From Clostridia bacterium (GTDB taxonomy: Bacteria > Bacillota > Clostridia > UBA1212 > UBA1255): DNA of 64,000 bases. Of the stretch, positions 47,182 through 57,750 are shown one piece after another. Position 1 is the first letter of the stretch. Each line of letters starts with the position of its first letter. The position numbers were made by a program, and so were the translations under genes. The notes below the pieces were generated by a model. It was not told the DNA's origin. It ran no database searches and saw only the letters and a program-made list of their open reading frames with translations. The stretch lies in NCBI GenBank assembly GCA_017935905.1, contig JAGBGO010000010.1, positions 13,715 to 77,714 of the forward strand, in the 5' to 3' direction.

Positions 47182-47726
47182 ATTTATTATTTAGAATTTT
47201 GGTTGCCATTTATGCGGTGATTGCATCCATTATCAGTGGACTTATTATGATCTCCCCATTTGCGGACAAGCAAATTATGGAAATGATTCTAAGTTATGCA
47301 GATATCACGTTCTACCGTTCCAATCGATACGATATTCTTGTATTCTTATTGGGACTTTTGTTCTTGTTTGTGAACTTGGTTATTCTTTCTTCCGGCATTC
47401 GGATGCGTCACAGCAGCAAATTTTATTGCTTTAAGAACGAACATGGCGTTATTCGGGTATCTGCGAATTCCATTGAAAATATTGCCCTTTCCGTTGCAAG
47501 AAAGAGTACCAGCATTCGGGATGCAAAAGCAAAAGCAAAATTCAAACAGGACGCAGTTGAAGTAACGCTTCGTCTCGTTGTTTATCCCGATACACAGGTG
47601 CCTACGTTAAGCGAGTTATTGCAGGAAAATATCCAGTCTTCTATAGAGAGTATGACAGAATTAAAGGTTAGTTTAGTGGATGTGAATATTGAAGGTGTCC
47701 ATGCAAACAACGGTAAGGAGGGATAA
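47178..47726 (+). CDS. amaP: Alkaline shock response membrane anchor protein AmaP
   Basis: Two TM segments and an Asp23-partner domain, coupled to the upstream gene by an ATGA overlap. Confidence 0.65.
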   Translation: MNLLFRILVAIYAVIASIISGLIMISPFADKQIMEMILSYADITFYRSNRYDILVFLLGLLFLFVNLVILSSGIRMRHSSKFYCFKNEHGVIRVSANSIENIALSVARKSTSIRDAKAKAKFKQDAVEVTLRLVVYPDTQVPTLSELLQENIQSSIESMTELKVSLVDVNIEGVHANNGKEG

Positions 47727-47729
47727 CCG

Positions 47730-47957
47730 GTGCTTCGAAGATTATATAAATTTTACAGAATGCATTTTTATCCTATCAACGGTGCTTTGATTGGATTACT
47801 CATCGGTCTTTCCGTTCATTTCCTCGGTATATTTGCCACCATTTTTCTGGCATTATGTATTTTTGCCGGGTACTGGGTGGGAAAGCAAGTCCAGAAGGAC
47901 CGTTCATTCCTGCGTAATTTATTAGATAAGATTCTTCCGCCCGGAAGTTATCGATAA
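47730..47957 (+). CDS. DUF2273-type small membrane protein
   Basis: Third gene of the conserved Asp23-AmaP-DUF2273 trio. GTG start with AGGAGGG upstream. Confidence 0.55.
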   Translation: MLRRLYKFYRMHFYPINGALIGLLIGLSVHFLGIFATIFLALCIFAGYWVGKQVQKDRSFLRNLLDKILPPGSYR

Positions 47958-47978
47958 ACTGAAAGGGGCCATTCCTAT

Positions 47979-48422
47979 ATGAGCAGAAGAAGCGCCAGAG
48001 AAGCCGCTGTTAAGATTATTTTTCAAAACGAATTTGTAGATCAACGTCTTATGCCTGAAAACGGAACTTCCGGAGAAACGTTAGACGCTGAATCTATGCT
48101 AGCAATGTATTTGAATTCCATTTCCGAAGAAGAAGGGAAGAAATTGGAAACCCAATACGTATTAAACGTGTTAGATGGCATAATAAAAGTTGTGGACGAA
48201 CTGGATGCGCTGATTTTGGCCCACTCAAAAGATTGGACATTGGATCGTATGGCAAAGATGGATTTAGCCATTTTACGCGTCGCTCTTTATGAAATGAAAT
48301 ATATGCCCGATATTCCTGTAAGCGTGTCGATTAATGAAGCCGTTGAAATAGCGAAACAATTCAGTTATCCGGAAGCGTCCGCTTTTATTAACGGTGTTTT
48401 GGGAAGTGTCAGTAAAGCGTGA
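47979..48422 (+). CDS. nusB: Transcription antitermination factor NusB
   Basis: Full-length NusB similarity. Confidence 0.85.
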   Translation: MSRRSAREAAVKIIFQNEFVDQRLMPENGTSGETLDAESMLAMYLNSISEEEGKKLETQYVLNVLDGIIKVVDELDALILAHSKDWTLDRMAKMDLAILRVALYEMKYMPDIPVSVSINEAVEIAKQFSYPEASAFINGVLGSVSKA

Positions 48423-49639
48423 ATGCAAAGCCCGTCGTTCTTTCTGTTTCAAACGTAAACCAGTACATCAAATCTTTATTGATGTACGATTCGAATTTGT
48501 CATCGATTTCCGTACGTGGTGAGATTTCAAATTTTAAGCGTTATACCTCCGGTCATGCTTATTTTTCCTTGAAAGACGGAACCGGTGTGCTTAAGTGTGT
48601 GTTGTTTCAATCCAATTTTTCAAAGTTGGATTTCAAACCGGCAGACGGAATGAGCGTAATCGCCAGCGGAAGTATCAACGTATACGAACGTGACGGTGTT
48701 TATCAGCTATACGTGCAGAATATGGTTCCGGACGGCATTGGATCTCTCTTTGAACGGTACGAAGCACTTAAAAATCAACTGAATAAAGAGGGTTTGTTTG
48801 CACCGGAACGTAAACGTTCACTGCCTATTTTACCCAAAGCCATTGGCGTGGTTACGTCGCCTTCCGGCGCTGTTATTGAAGATATTCGAAATGTAACCAA
48901 AAGACGTTTTCCCAATATGCCTATCCTGCTTTATCCGGCCTCCGTGCAAGGTGCCGGAAGTTGTCAGGAAATCGTTCGCGGGATTGAACGTGCCAATGCA
49001 GAAAGAAAAGTGGACGTTTTGATTGTAGGCCGAGGTGGTGGCTCCATCGAAGATTTATGGTCTTTTAATGAAGAAGAAGTGGCGCGTGCCGTATATCGAT
49101 CCCAAATTCCGGTTATATCGGCAGTGGGCCATGAAACGGACTTCACAATTTGTGATTTTGTTGCAGATTTAAGAGCACCTACACCTTCTGCAGCCGCTGA
49201 ATTAGCGGTTCCGGAGCTTGCTGAACTGTATACGTCTCTTCATTTGCTGGAGAAGAAATTAAGAAGCCTTCCGAAACAAACGATTTTGTTGCAGCAAGCT
49301 CGTTTGGAACGATTGGCCGCTTACCGTTATTTTACCCATCCTCACGCTTTGTTGGATTATCAAAATGAACGGTTGATGCATATAGAGGAGCGGCTTACGG
49401 AGAAATATTTTCAAACGTGGGATTGGAATCGGATACGGCTAGAGAAGAATGAATCGAGACTTTGCCTTTTGAATCCCGCACAAGTACTTAAACGAGGCTA
49501 TGCCATTGTACGAAACCAAGAAGGACGTATTTTGTGCAATACCGGGGATTTTATCGAAAACCAAGAAGCGGATATTTTGTTGCAGGACGGCAACGTTCGC
49601 GTACAAATTAGCCCTCAAGTCACGAAAGGAGACGCGTAA
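48419..49639 (+). CDS. xseA: Exodeoxyribonuclease VII large subunit
   Basis: OB-fold N-terminus plus the catalytic domain. Confidence 0.85.
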   Translation: MNAKPVVLSVSNVNQYIKSLLMYDSNLSSISVRGEISNFKRYTSGHAYFSLKDGTGVLKCVLFQSNFSKLDFKPADGMSVIASGSINVYERDGVYQLYVQNMVPDGIGSLFERYEALKNQLNKEGLFAPERKRSLPILPKAIGVVTSPSGAVIEDIRNVTKRRFPNMPILLYPASVQGAGSCQEIVRGIERANAERKVDVLIVGRGGGSIEDLWSFNEEEVARAVYRSQIPVISAVGHETDFTICDFVADLRAPTPSAAAELAVPELAELYTSLHLLEKKLRSLPKQTILLQQARLERLAAYRYFTHPHALLDYQNERLMHIEERLTEKYFQTWDWNRIRLEKNESRLCLLNPAQVLKRGYAIVRNQEGRILCNTGDFIENQEADILLQDGNVRVQISPQVTKGDA

Positions 49640-49640
49640 A

Positions 49641-49856
49641 ATGGAAGAATTGAAATCAGATGAATTGAATCAGCTTTCTTATGAAGAAATGATGACCCGC
49701 TTGGAGCAGATTATTGCACGTATGGATAGCGGAAACGTTCCGTTGGAAGAAAGTCTGCGTGCATTTGACGAAGGTATGGCACTGATTCAGGCGGCTCGTA
49801 ACAAATTGGATGCCTATCGTATCAAAATTGAGGAAACGGCACAGGAGGAACAATAA
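49641..49856 (+). CDS. xseB: Exodeoxyribonuclease VII small subunit
   Basis: Start at ATG 49641 (MEELKSDELNQLSYEEMMTRLEQII). The track ORF is over-extended on the 5' side. Confidence 0.8.
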   Translation: MEELKSDELNQLSYEEMMTRLEQIIARMDSGNVPLEESLRAFDEGMALIQAARNKLDAYRIKIEETAQEEQ

Positions 49857-49857
49857 G

Positions 49858-50784
49858 ATGAATTTTAAAGCACAATTACAAGATTATGCATCTTTTACAG
49901 ATATGAAATTAGACTTCTATTTGCCACCTTTGGACAATGATCAAAAGAGCATTTACGAAGCCATGCGATACAGCCTTCTGTGTGGCGGTAAACGGATTCG
50001 TCCCGTGCTTGCGTACAGCACAGCAGCACTTCTTGGTATTTCTAAAGAAGATGTAGCGCCCTTTGCTTGTGCCATTGAAATGATTCATACCTATTCTTTG
50101 ATCCACGATGATTTACCGGCAATGGATAACGACGATTATCGAAGAGGACAACTTACTTGCCACAAAAAATTTGGTGAGGCACAGGCGATTCTTGCCGGCG
50201 ATGCGTTGCTCACAAAAGCTTTTGAAATCGCGGGCATTGGCGCCATAGAACTTGCTAATAAGATGCCGGAACAGGCTGTGCGCGGAGCATTGATTCTTCG
50301 TGCTTTGGCAGCTTCTGCCGGCAGCGAAGGTATGGTTGGCGGACAAGTGATTGATTTAGAGGGGGAAGAAAAGGTCCTTTCTAAAGAGACCCATGAAACG
50401 CTATGCGCGTTAAAGACCGGCGCGTTGCTTACCATTCCCGTTCAAATTTCTGTGTTGTATGCCGGCATGACGAATACGCCTGTGGGGGATCTTTTGATTC
50501 GTTACGCCCAAGGATTAGGGCTCGCTTTCCAGATCAAAGACGATATTTTAGATGTGGAAGGGGACGCAAAATTACTGGGAAAAGCCACGGGTATGGATGA
50601 AAAATGCAACAAAACCACCTTTGTATCCTTGTATGGATTAGAGGGTGCAAAAGCCCGTTTGAAAGCCCTTACGGAAGAATCCCTGGAGATTTGCGACCAA
50701 CTTTCGGATATTTTTCCGGAGCGTACGGAACAATGCGCCTTTTTACGCGAACTGGCGATCTTCTTATTAGAAAGGAATCATTGA
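49858..50784 (+). CDS. ispA: Polyprenyl (farnesyl/geranylgeranyl) diphosphate synthase
   Basis: Both DDxxD motifs are present (IHDDLPAMDNDDYRRG and KDDILD). Start at ATG 49858 with AGGAGG upstream. Confidence 0.8.
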   Translation: MNFKAQLQDYASFTDMKLDFYLPPLDNDQKSIYEAMRYSLLCGGKRIRPVLAYSTAALLGISKEDVAPFACAIEMIHTYSLIHDDLPAMDNDDYRRGQLTCHKKFGEAQAILAGDALLTKAFEIAGIGAIELANKMPEQAVRGALILRALAASAGSEGMVGGQVIDLEGEEKVLSKETHETLCALKTGALLTIPVQISVLYAGMTNTPVGDLLIRYAQGLGLAFQIKDDILDVEGDAKLLGKATGMDEKCNKTTFVSLYGLEGAKARLKALTEESLEICDQLSDIFPERTEQCAFLRELAIFLLERNH

Positions 50785-52662
50785 ATGCTTGACCGCCCGA
50801 ACTTAATAACTGAATTAAAATCTATGTCCGGTGCGGAAAAAGAACAACTGGCCGGTGAAATTCGACAACGTTTAATCGAAGTTGTCCCGAAGAACGGCGG
50901 GCATTTGGCTTCGAATTTAGGCGTCGTTGAATTAACGTTGGCATTATACAGCGTATTGGATCCTTTTCAAGATCGAATCATTTGGGACGTAGGCCATCAA
51001 TCTTACGTACATAAACTGCTTACCGGTCGCAATGACCGTTTTGATACGCTTCGAACGGAAAATGGAATTAGTGGATTTCCTGTGCGGGAAGAAAGCGGTG
51101 CGGATTGTTTTGACACGGGACACAGTTCTACGTCTATTTCCGCCGCTATCGGATTTGCACGGGCAAGAGATTTGCAAGGGGAGAAGCACCGGGTTGTGGC
51201 AGTGATTGGAGACGGTGCCTTCGGAAACGGTATGACATTTGAAGCACTCAACGATGCCGGGCAAATTACAAACGATTTGGTTATTATTCTAAACGATAAT
51301 GGTATGTCCATCGCTTCAAACGTTGGTGGTATGTCCCGCTACTTGGGCAACATTCGAACGGGAAAGTCCTACGTTCGCATCAAGAAAAGCATTAAGCGGA
51401 CTTTACTTCGGATTCCAAAAATTGGCGGTAAAATGGTGCGCAGGATTCAAAAATTTAAAGCATCTTTGCGTGTTTTGCTGATTCCCGGTGAATTGTTTGA
51501 AGAATTAGGCTGTAAATATATCGGTCCTGTAGACGGACACGACGTTGACCGTATGACAAAAGCGCTTGAAAAAGCAATCTATCTCGGTGGTCCGGTCATT
51601 CTCCATGCGATTACGAAGAAGGGGAGTGGGTATCAGCCTGCAGAAGAGAATCCTTCTTATTATCACGGTATAGCGCCTTCCGGAAGCAAAAAACAAGCAC
51701 CGTCTTATTCTGCCAACACAGGACGTGTTTTAACCGAATTAGGGCAAACGGACAGCAAAATTACAGCGATCAGTGCCGCCATGAGTGACGGTACCGGTTT
51801 GAATGCTTTTAAAAATGCGTTTCCTGATCGTTTCTTTGATGTGGGCATTGCAGAATCTCATGCAGTAACCATGGCGGCCGGTATGGCAGCCGGCGGACTG
51901 AAACCTTTCGTATGCGTTTATTCTACGTTTATGCAAAGAGCTTATGATCAATTTCTCCATGATTGCGCGTTGCAAAAACTGCCGGTTACCGTGTTGCTGG
52001 ATCGCGCCGGTGCCTCCGGTCTTGATGGAAAGACCCATCAAGGCATTTATGATCTTGCATTTCTGCAATCTATGCCCGGGGTTACAATCTGTGCGCCTTG
52101 CTGTATTTCGGAACAGACGGCTATGATTCAGTTGGCAAAGCAGACGGATACGCCTTTTGTGATTCGGTATCCCGCCAAAGATACGTCCGGTTTAACCGAT
52201 GATTTTGTCAAACAATATCCTGTGGAATTTGGAAGAGGCGCTACAATCCTCAATCCTTCCCGGGGGGACGTTCTGTTTGTTTCCTTGGGACAGATTACCC
52301 ATAACGTGATAGAAGCGGTAGAACTTTTGGAAGAACACCAAATCGCTTGCGGAATTTTTCACGCACGCTTTATGCGGCCGTTTGACGAAAAAGGATTATG
52401 TAGTTTAATCGATCAAAACCAGTTTAAATTGATCGTTACGGTAGAAGACGGTGTTGTTTCAGGGGGATTTGGATGTGTTGCAGCTTCGTTGGTTCAAACA
52501 AAATATCCCGGCAGCACAGTGCCGGTAATTTCAATCGGTTATCCCAATGAACCGGTAACCCATGGTACCATTGCACAAATTCATCAACGGTACGGAATGG
52601 ATGGTTTGGGCATTGCAAAACGAGTACTTGCAGCATTAAAGGGGGAACCCTCGTGCGATTAG
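50785..52662 (+). CDS. dxs: 1-deoxy-D-xylulose-5-phosphate synthase
   Basis: 625 aa with the TPP motif GDGAFGNGM and transketolase-like domains. Confidence 0.9.
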   Translation: MLDRPNLITELKSMSGAEKEQLAGEIRQRLIEVVPKNGGHLASNLGVVELTLALYSVLDPFQDRIIWDVGHQSYVHKLLTGRNDRFDTLRTENGISGFPVREESGADCFDTGHSSTSISAAIGFARARDLQGEKHRVVAVIGDGAFGNGMTFEALNDAGQITNDLVIILNDNGMSIASNVGGMSRYLGNIRTGKSYVRIKKSIKRTLLRIPKIGGKMVRRIQKFKASLRVLLIPGELFEELGCKYIGPVDGHDVDRMTKALEKAIYLGGPVILHAITKKGSGYQPAEENPSYYHGIAPSGSKKQAPSYSANTGRVLTELGQTDSKITAISAAMSDGTGLNAFKNAFPDRFFDVGIAESHAVTMAAGMAAGGLKPFVCVYSTFMQRAYDQFLHDCALQKLPVTVLLDRAGASGLDGKTHQGIYDLAFLQSMPGVTICAPCCISEQTAMIQLAKQTDTPFVIRYPAKDTSGLTDDFVKQYPVEFGRGATILNPSRGDVLFVSLGQITHNVIEAVELLEEHQIACGIFHARFMRPFDEKGLCSLIDQNQFKLIVTVEDGVVSGGFGCVAASLVQTKYPGSTVPVISIGYPNEPVTHGTIAQIHQRYGMDGLGIAKRVLAALKGEPSCD

Positions 52663-53375
52663 ACCGTTACCTTGCAGAAAACGGATTCTATAAGAGTCGT
52701 GAAAGAGCGGCAAGAGCCATTGAGTCCGGATGTGTACAAGTCAATGATGCCGTTATTCTAAAAGCATCTTATCACGTGCCGGAAGCGGCACGCATTCTTT
52801 GTCGCCCCGATCCCGTTCCTTACGTCAGTCGTGGCGGATTGAAGTTAGCCGGAGCACTCCGGCATTTTAACATTGTGGTGGACGGTTTGTCTTGCCTGGA
52901 TATTGGTGCATCTACCGGTGGTTTTACCCACGTGTTGCTGGAAAAAGGTGCTGAGAAAGTGACCTGCGTAGACGTGGGACACGGTCAGTTGGATCCCATC
53001 CTGCTTCAAGATTCTCGCGTTCATCCTTTTGAAGGCACGGATGCCCGTACGTTTCGACCGGAAGAACGATTTGACTTTATTTGCATGGACGTCTCATTTA
53101 TTTCTGTTACGCAAATGTTGGATACTGTCCATACGCTTATAAAGCCGAACGGAAATATCGTGATATTGATTAAACCGCAATTTGAATTATCTAGGCGTGC
53201 TTTGAATAAAAACGGCATTGTGAAAAATAGAGACGAAGGATTGAATCGTGCAAAAGAAATTGCCGCCTATTTCTGTGATCAAGGGAAATTTTGTTTGGGC
53301 GGTTTTATGGAGTCTCCCATTCAAGGGGGCGACGGAAATATTGAGTATTGTGCCTGGTTTTTCCCACTTGTGTAG
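52653..53375 (+). CDS. tlyA: TlyA-family rRNA 2'-O-methyltransferase
   Basis: S4 domain plus an FtsJ-like methyltransferase. GTG start. Confidence 0.8.
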   Translation: MRLDRYLAENGFYKSRERAARAIESGCVQVNDAVILKASYHVPEAARILCRPDPVPYVSRGGLKLAGALRHFNIVVDGLSCLDIGASTGGFTHVLLEKGAEKVTCVDVGHGQLDPILLQDSRVHPFEGTDARTFRPEERFDFICMDVSFISVTQMLDTVHTLIKPNGNIVILIKPQFELSRRALNKNGIVKNRDEGLNRAKEIAAYFCDQGKFCLGGFMESPIQGGDGNIEYCAWFFPLV

Positions 53376-53396
53376 TCTGAATTTTTGCGTTATAAT
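53368..53396 (+). promoter_or_regulatory. SigA-type promoter (TTGTGT-17-TATAAT) for the oxidoreductase operon
   Basis: Consensus spacing; the -35 overlaps the tlyA stop. Confidence 0.4.
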
Positions 53397-53437
53397 ATAG
53401 GTTCAAAAGTAATTCCTATGGAATACAGAAAGGTTGC

Positions 53438-53650
53438 ATGGTAATGGCTAAAGTTACATTTAGAGAAGAACGTTGTAAGGGCTGCAAATTATGTATTAAT
53501 GCTTGCCCGAAGAAAATTGTTATTATTAAAGAGGATGTCCTGAATGCGAAAGGGTATCATCCTGCCGGTGTATCGGATCCGGAGAAGTGCATTGGTTGTG
53601 CTTTCTGCGCTACGGTATGTCCGGATTGTGTAATTACGGTAGAAAGGTAG
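53438..53650 (+). CDS. 2-oxoacid:ferredoxin oxidoreductase delta subunit (2x[4Fe-4S] ferredoxin)
   Basis: Two CxxCxxCxxxCP motifs. Confidence 0.8.
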   Translation: MVMAKVTFREERCKGCKLCINACPKKIVIIKEDVLNAKGYHPAGVSDPEKCIGCAFCATVCPDCVITVER

Positions 53651-53659
53651 GATTGCAAT

Positions 53660-54718
53660 ATGGGTGAGAAGATTTTGATGAAAGGCAATGAGGTCATTGC
53701 TGAAGCAGCTCTTCGCGCGGGTTGCAGACATTATTTTGGTTATCCGATTACGCCTCAAACAGAGGTTGCACACTATATGGCTCGGAAGATGGAACAAATC
53801 GGCGGTACGTTCGTACAAGCTGAAAGTGAAGTTGCTGCGATTAACATGGTATATGGCGCTGCCAGTGCCGGTGTTCGTGCAATGACTTCTTCCTCCAGCC
53901 CCGGAATCAGCTTAAAGCAAGAGGGTATTTCTTACGCTGCCGGCGCTGAATTACCTATGGTAATCGTTGACATTGTTCGCTGCGGCCCCGGTTTGGGTGG
54001 CATTTTACCGGCACAGTGCGACTATTTCCAGATGGTAAAGGGTGGCGGTCACGGTGATTACCACCTGGTTGTTTTGGCCCCGCAAAGTGTGCAGGAAATG
54101 TACGAATTGGTTGTAGATGCTTTCAATATTGCGGACAAGTATAGAAACCCCGTTGTTGTAATGGGTGACGGTTATATGGGCCAGATGATGGAGGCTGTTG
54201 AATTCCGGGATGAAGAGAAGATTGAACGCTATGAAAAGCCCTGGGCAGCTTGCGGCAGTGATATGAAACGTGATCATAACGTAATTACTTCTATTTACAT
54301 TGAAGCTGACGTTTTGGAAGCACACGTAAACAAACTGTATGCGAAATATAAAGCCATTGAAGAAGCAGAAACCCGCGTTGAAGTATATAATTGCGAGGAT
54401 GCAGACGTGATCGTTACTGCCTACGGTACTTGTGCCCGTGTTGTACGTAACGTAATCAAGGATGCGGCTAAGATGGGGATTAAAGTTGGTCTGATTCGGC
54501 CTATTACTTTGTGGCCTTTCCCCAGCGAGGCTTTCCGTCAATATGCGAACGTTCCCAAAGGCTTCCTTTGTGTTGAAATGAGTAAAGGTCAGATGATTGA
54601 AGACGTTCGTCTTGCTTTGAACGGACAGAACACGGTTTCTTTCTATGGACGTACCGGTGGTAACGTACCTGCGCAGAAAGATATCTTAGAAGAAGTTCTG
54701 AAGATTGCAAGAGGATGA
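53660..54718 (+). CDS. 2-oxoacid:ferredoxin oxidoreductase alpha subunit (KorA/VorB type)
   Basis: The GYPITPQTE motif of the POR alpha family. Confidence 0.8.
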   Translation: MGEKILMKGNEVIAEAALRAGCRHYFGYPITPQTEVAHYMARKMEQIGGTFVQAESEVAAINMVYGAASAGVRAMTSSSSPGISLKQEGISYAAGAELPMVIVDIVRCGPGLGGILPAQCDYFQMVKGGGHGDYHLVVLAPQSVQEMYELVVDAFNIADKYRNPVVVMGDGYMGQMMEAVEFRDEEKIERYEKPWAACGSDMKRDHNVITSIYIEADVLEAHVNKLYAKYKAIEEAETRVEVYNCEDADVIVTAYGTCARVVRNVIKDAAKMGIKVGLIRPITLWPFPSEAFRQYANVPKGFLCVEMSKGQMIEDVRLALNGQNTVSFYGRTGGNVPAQKDILEEVLKIARG

Positions 54719-54737
54719 AAGGGAGGCGTTACAGATT

Positions 54738-55490
54738 ATGAGTATTGTATTTGAAAGACCCCACGCATTGATTGATAAACCCCTTCATTATTGTCCCGGA
54801 TGCACGCACGGTATTATTCACCGTCTTGTGGCTGAAGTTATGGACGAATTAGGAATTGAAGGAAATACGGTGGGTATTGCATCCGTTGGATGTACCTACA
54901 ACAGTTATGAATATTTTAATTGTGATATGATTCAAGCGGCACACGGCCGTGCGCCTGCGGTGGCTACCGGTGTTAAGCGTTCGCTTCCGGGAAAGAACGT
55001 ATTTACGTACCAAGGTGACGGTGACCTTGCTGCAATCGGTACAGCAGAGATCGTTCACGCCGCAACCAGAGGTGAGAAGATCACTACGATTTTCGTGAAC
55101 AATGCCATTTACGGTATGACATCCGGTCAGATGGCACCGACTACGTTGATTGGTCAGGTTGCAACCACTGCACCTTTTGGCAGAAAGCCGGAACTTCACG
55201 GCTATCCTATTCGCGTCAGCGAGATGCTTTCCACTTTGGAAGGTGCCGTTTACGTTGAGCGTGTTGCAGTCAACAACGTTGCGAACATTAAGAAAGCTAA
55301 AGCTGCAATTAAGAAAGCATTCCAAGTTCAACTTGCAGGCCTTGGATTCTCTTTGGTGGAAGTACTTTCTACGTGTCCTACCAACTGGGGATTGAATCCG
55401 CCGAAAGCCCTTGAATGGTTAGAGGAGAATATGATTCCACACTATCCTTTGGGTAATTTCAAAGACGTACAACTTCCGGAACAAAAGTAA
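54738..55490 (+). CDS. 2-oxoacid:ferredoxin oxidoreductase beta subunit (TPP-binding)
   Basis: Start at ATG 54738 with AAGGGAGG upstream. TPP-binding motif GDGD. Confidence 0.8.
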   Translation: MSIVFERPHALIDKPLHYCPGCTHGIIHRLVAEVMDELGIEGNTVGIASVGCTYNSYEYFNCDMIQAAHGRAPAVATGVKRSLPGKNVFTYQGDGDLAAIGTAEIVHAATRGEKITTIFVNNAIYGMTSGQMAPTTLIGQVATTAPFGRKPELHGYPIRVSEMLSTLEGAVYVERVAVNNVANIKKAKAAIKKAFQVQLAGLGFSLVEVLSTCPTNWGLNPPKALEWLEENMIPHYPLGNFKDVQLPEQK

Positions 55491-55509
55491 GAAAGGATAG
55501 GTGACTGAA

Positions 55510-56046
55510 ATGGAACAACAGATTATTTTTGCAGGTTTCGGTGGTCAGGGTATCCTTTCCATGGGTCGTTTTATTGCACACGCAGGTCTTCACGAAGGCA
55601 GACACGTTTCGTGGCTTCCTTCCTATGGTCCTGAAATGCGTGGCGGTACGGCAAACTGTAACGTAATTGTATCCGATGAAGAGGTTGGATCTCCCATTAT
55701 CAGCAGTGCAACTGCTTTAATCGTTATGAATCAGCCGTCTTTGGAGAAATTTGAAAACAGTGTAGCCCCCGGCGGAATCGTCATTCTTGACAAAGATTTG
55801 GTTCCTACGCTTCCTACACGTACGGATATTCGCGTCTTTGCGATTCCTGCTACGAAGATGGCATACGAATTGGGAAATGCAACTTTTGCCGGTATTATCT
55901 TGTTAGGTAAATTGATTGAAGAAACCAACGTGGTAAAGCCGGAGAGTTTCGAGGCTGCTTTGTATGGCATTTTGAAGGCAAAGAATCATCATTTAATTCC
56001 CGAAGAAATGAAAGCACTGGCATTAGGTGCTGCATACAACAGTTGA
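55510..56046 (+). CDS. 2-oxoacid:ferredoxin oxidoreductase gamma subunit
   Basis: Carries FAGFGGQG. ATG 55510 is preferred over the GTG at 55501. Confidence 0.75.
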   Translation: MEQQIIFAGFGGQGILSMGRFIAHAGLHEGRHVSWLPSYGPEMRGGTANCNVIVSDEEVGSPIISSATALIVMNQPSLEKFENSVAPGGIVILDKDLVPTLPTRTDIRVFAIPATKMAYELGNATFAGIILLGKLIEETNVVKPESFEAALYGILKAKNHHLIPEEMKALALGAAYNS

Positions 56047-56080
56047 TTTTTTTAATACGCACAGAAAGGAACAGCGGTTC

Positions 56081-57169
56081 ATGGGCGATTTACGGGTAGA
56101 ATTGGGGGAACGGAGTTACAATATATACATACAAAAGGGACTTCTTAATCGTGTTGCGCAAGATATTTCTACGCAATTTCATCCTACGTCGGTATGTATT
56201 GTAACGGATACCAATCTGTCTGCTTTGTATCTTTCGCCTTTAGAAGCGGATTTTAAACGCTTGGGTGTACCGAACTGTTCCTTTGTTTTTCAAGCCGGTG
56301 AAGCCTCCAAGAATTTTGCTGTATTAGAGCAGTTGTGTGACTGTATGATTCAGCAAAAAATGGATAGAAGCAGTATGCTCATTGCTTTAGGCGGCGGCGT
56401 TGTAGGTGATCTTACAGGCTTTGCCGCGGCGATATTCAAAAGAGGAATTTCGTACGTCCAAATTCCAACCTCCGTCGTAGCCCAAACGGATAGTTCTGTG
56501 GGGGGGAAGACCGGTGTTGATTTTGGTGGTGCGAAGAATATGCTGGGTGCCATTCACCAACCGAAAGCGGTGTATATTGATCCTGACGTATTACAAACGC
56601 TACCCGCACGCTTTTTACAGGATGGTTTGGGAGAAGTAGTTAAATATGCGCTTCTTTCCGGCGGCGCGCTTTACGATCGCGTACTTGCACTTCAGTCTCC
56701 GGAAGATTTTCTTCGGGATGACGGCTTTATTATTGAATCCTGTGTGGACTATAAACGTCGTTTGGTGGAAGAAGACGAGCGGGACACAGGGAGCCGAATG
56801 CTACTGAATTTAGGTCATACGGTAGGCCATTCTGTGGAAAGTTATTTTGGCTACGGACGTTATTCCCATGGAGAAGGTGTTTCCATCGGTCTTGTGGAAA
56901 TTTTACGCTATGCCGTACACAACTGTAATTTGAATCATGAAATTTTAGAACAAACGTGTGCTTTGTTACAAAGATTGAATTTACCCGTAGCACTTCCCGA
57001 ACGGAGTGAACGCATTTTTGCATCGATCGTTCAAGACAAGAAATGTACTGGTGCATCTATTCGGGTCGTCCTGCCTTATGCTCCCGGTGACGTACGTATT
57101 TGTACCGTAAATACGAAGGATTTCATGGATTATTTGTGCAAGGATTTATCCGAGAAGGGAGTGTTTTAA
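56081..57169 (+). CDS. aroB: 3-dehydroquinate synthase
   Basis: Start at ATG 56081 (MGDLRVELGERSYNIYI), with a GGGG-rich NAD-binding region. Confidence 0.8.
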   Translation: MGDLRVELGERSYNIYIQKGLLNRVAQDISTQFHPTSVCIVTDTNLSALYLSPLEADFKRLGVPNCSFVFQAGEASKNFAVLEQLCDCMIQQKMDRSSMLIALGGGVVGDLTGFAAAIFKRGISYVQIPTSVVAQTDSSVGGKTGVDFGGAKNMLGAIHQPKAVYIDPDVLQTLPARFLQDGLGEVVKYALLSGGALYDRVLALQSPEDFLRDDGFIIESCVDYKRRLVEEDERDTGSRMLLNLGHTVGHSVESYFGYGRYSHGEGVSIGLVEILRYAVHNCNLNHEILEQTCALLQRLNLPVALPERSERIFASIVQDKKCTGASIRVVLPYAPGDVRICTVNTKDFMDYLCKDLSEKGVF

Positions 57170-57750
57170 TGGAAACGTACCCGCTCGTTCATATGCCGAA
57201 ACAATACAATCGTATTGTCATTATCGGTATGCCCACCTCCGGTAAATCGTCGATTGGACGTTTGATTGCTGCACATTTCGGATTGGATTTTTATGATTTG
57301 GATGCAGAAATTGAAGCGGCGGCGGGAATGACCATTGAAGCAATTTTCCGTACGAAGGGCGAAAGTGAATTTCGTCGAATTGAAACCGAAGTGACGGGAA
57401 AGATGGCAAAGGTGTGTAATGCTGTGCTTGCAACCGGTGGCGGGATTGTTACAAAGCCGGACAATATGGCCCTGCTAAAGCAACCGGACAGTCTGGTTTT
57501 GTATATTCATCGGGATTTTTACAAGATTGCTACCACACCAAAACGGATTATGGAAAGAAGACCGATTCTGCAACACACCAGTTATGACAAACTTTTAGCC
57601 CTATATAAACAGCGTTTGCCGCTTTATCGAAAGTATGCGGATTTTGAAGTGAAGAATGACAAGCAAAAGGATGAATCTGTTCGTGAAATATTACACCGGT
57701 TAGATGAATTTTTTTGTGTACAAGGAGATTGTGAAGCATGCGATTCTTAA
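57169..57750 (+). CDS. aroK: Shikimate kinase
   Basis: P-loop GMPTSGKSS. The TAATG arrangement overlaps the aroB stop. Confidence 0.75.
   Translation: METYPLVHMPKQYNRIVIIGMPTSGKSSIGRLIAAHFGLDFYDLDAEIEAAAGMTIEAIFRTKGESEFRRIETEVTGKMAKVCNAVLATGGGIVTKPDNMALLKQPDSLVLYIHRDFYKIATTPKRIMERRPILQHTSYDKLLALYKQRLPLYRKYADFEVKNDKQKDESVREILHRLDEFFCVQGDCEACDS

Noticed and set aside
54005-54541. 178-aa minus-strand ORF inside the oxidoreductase alpha subunit gene
   Set aside because: Antisense to a conserved enzyme gene, with no SD.
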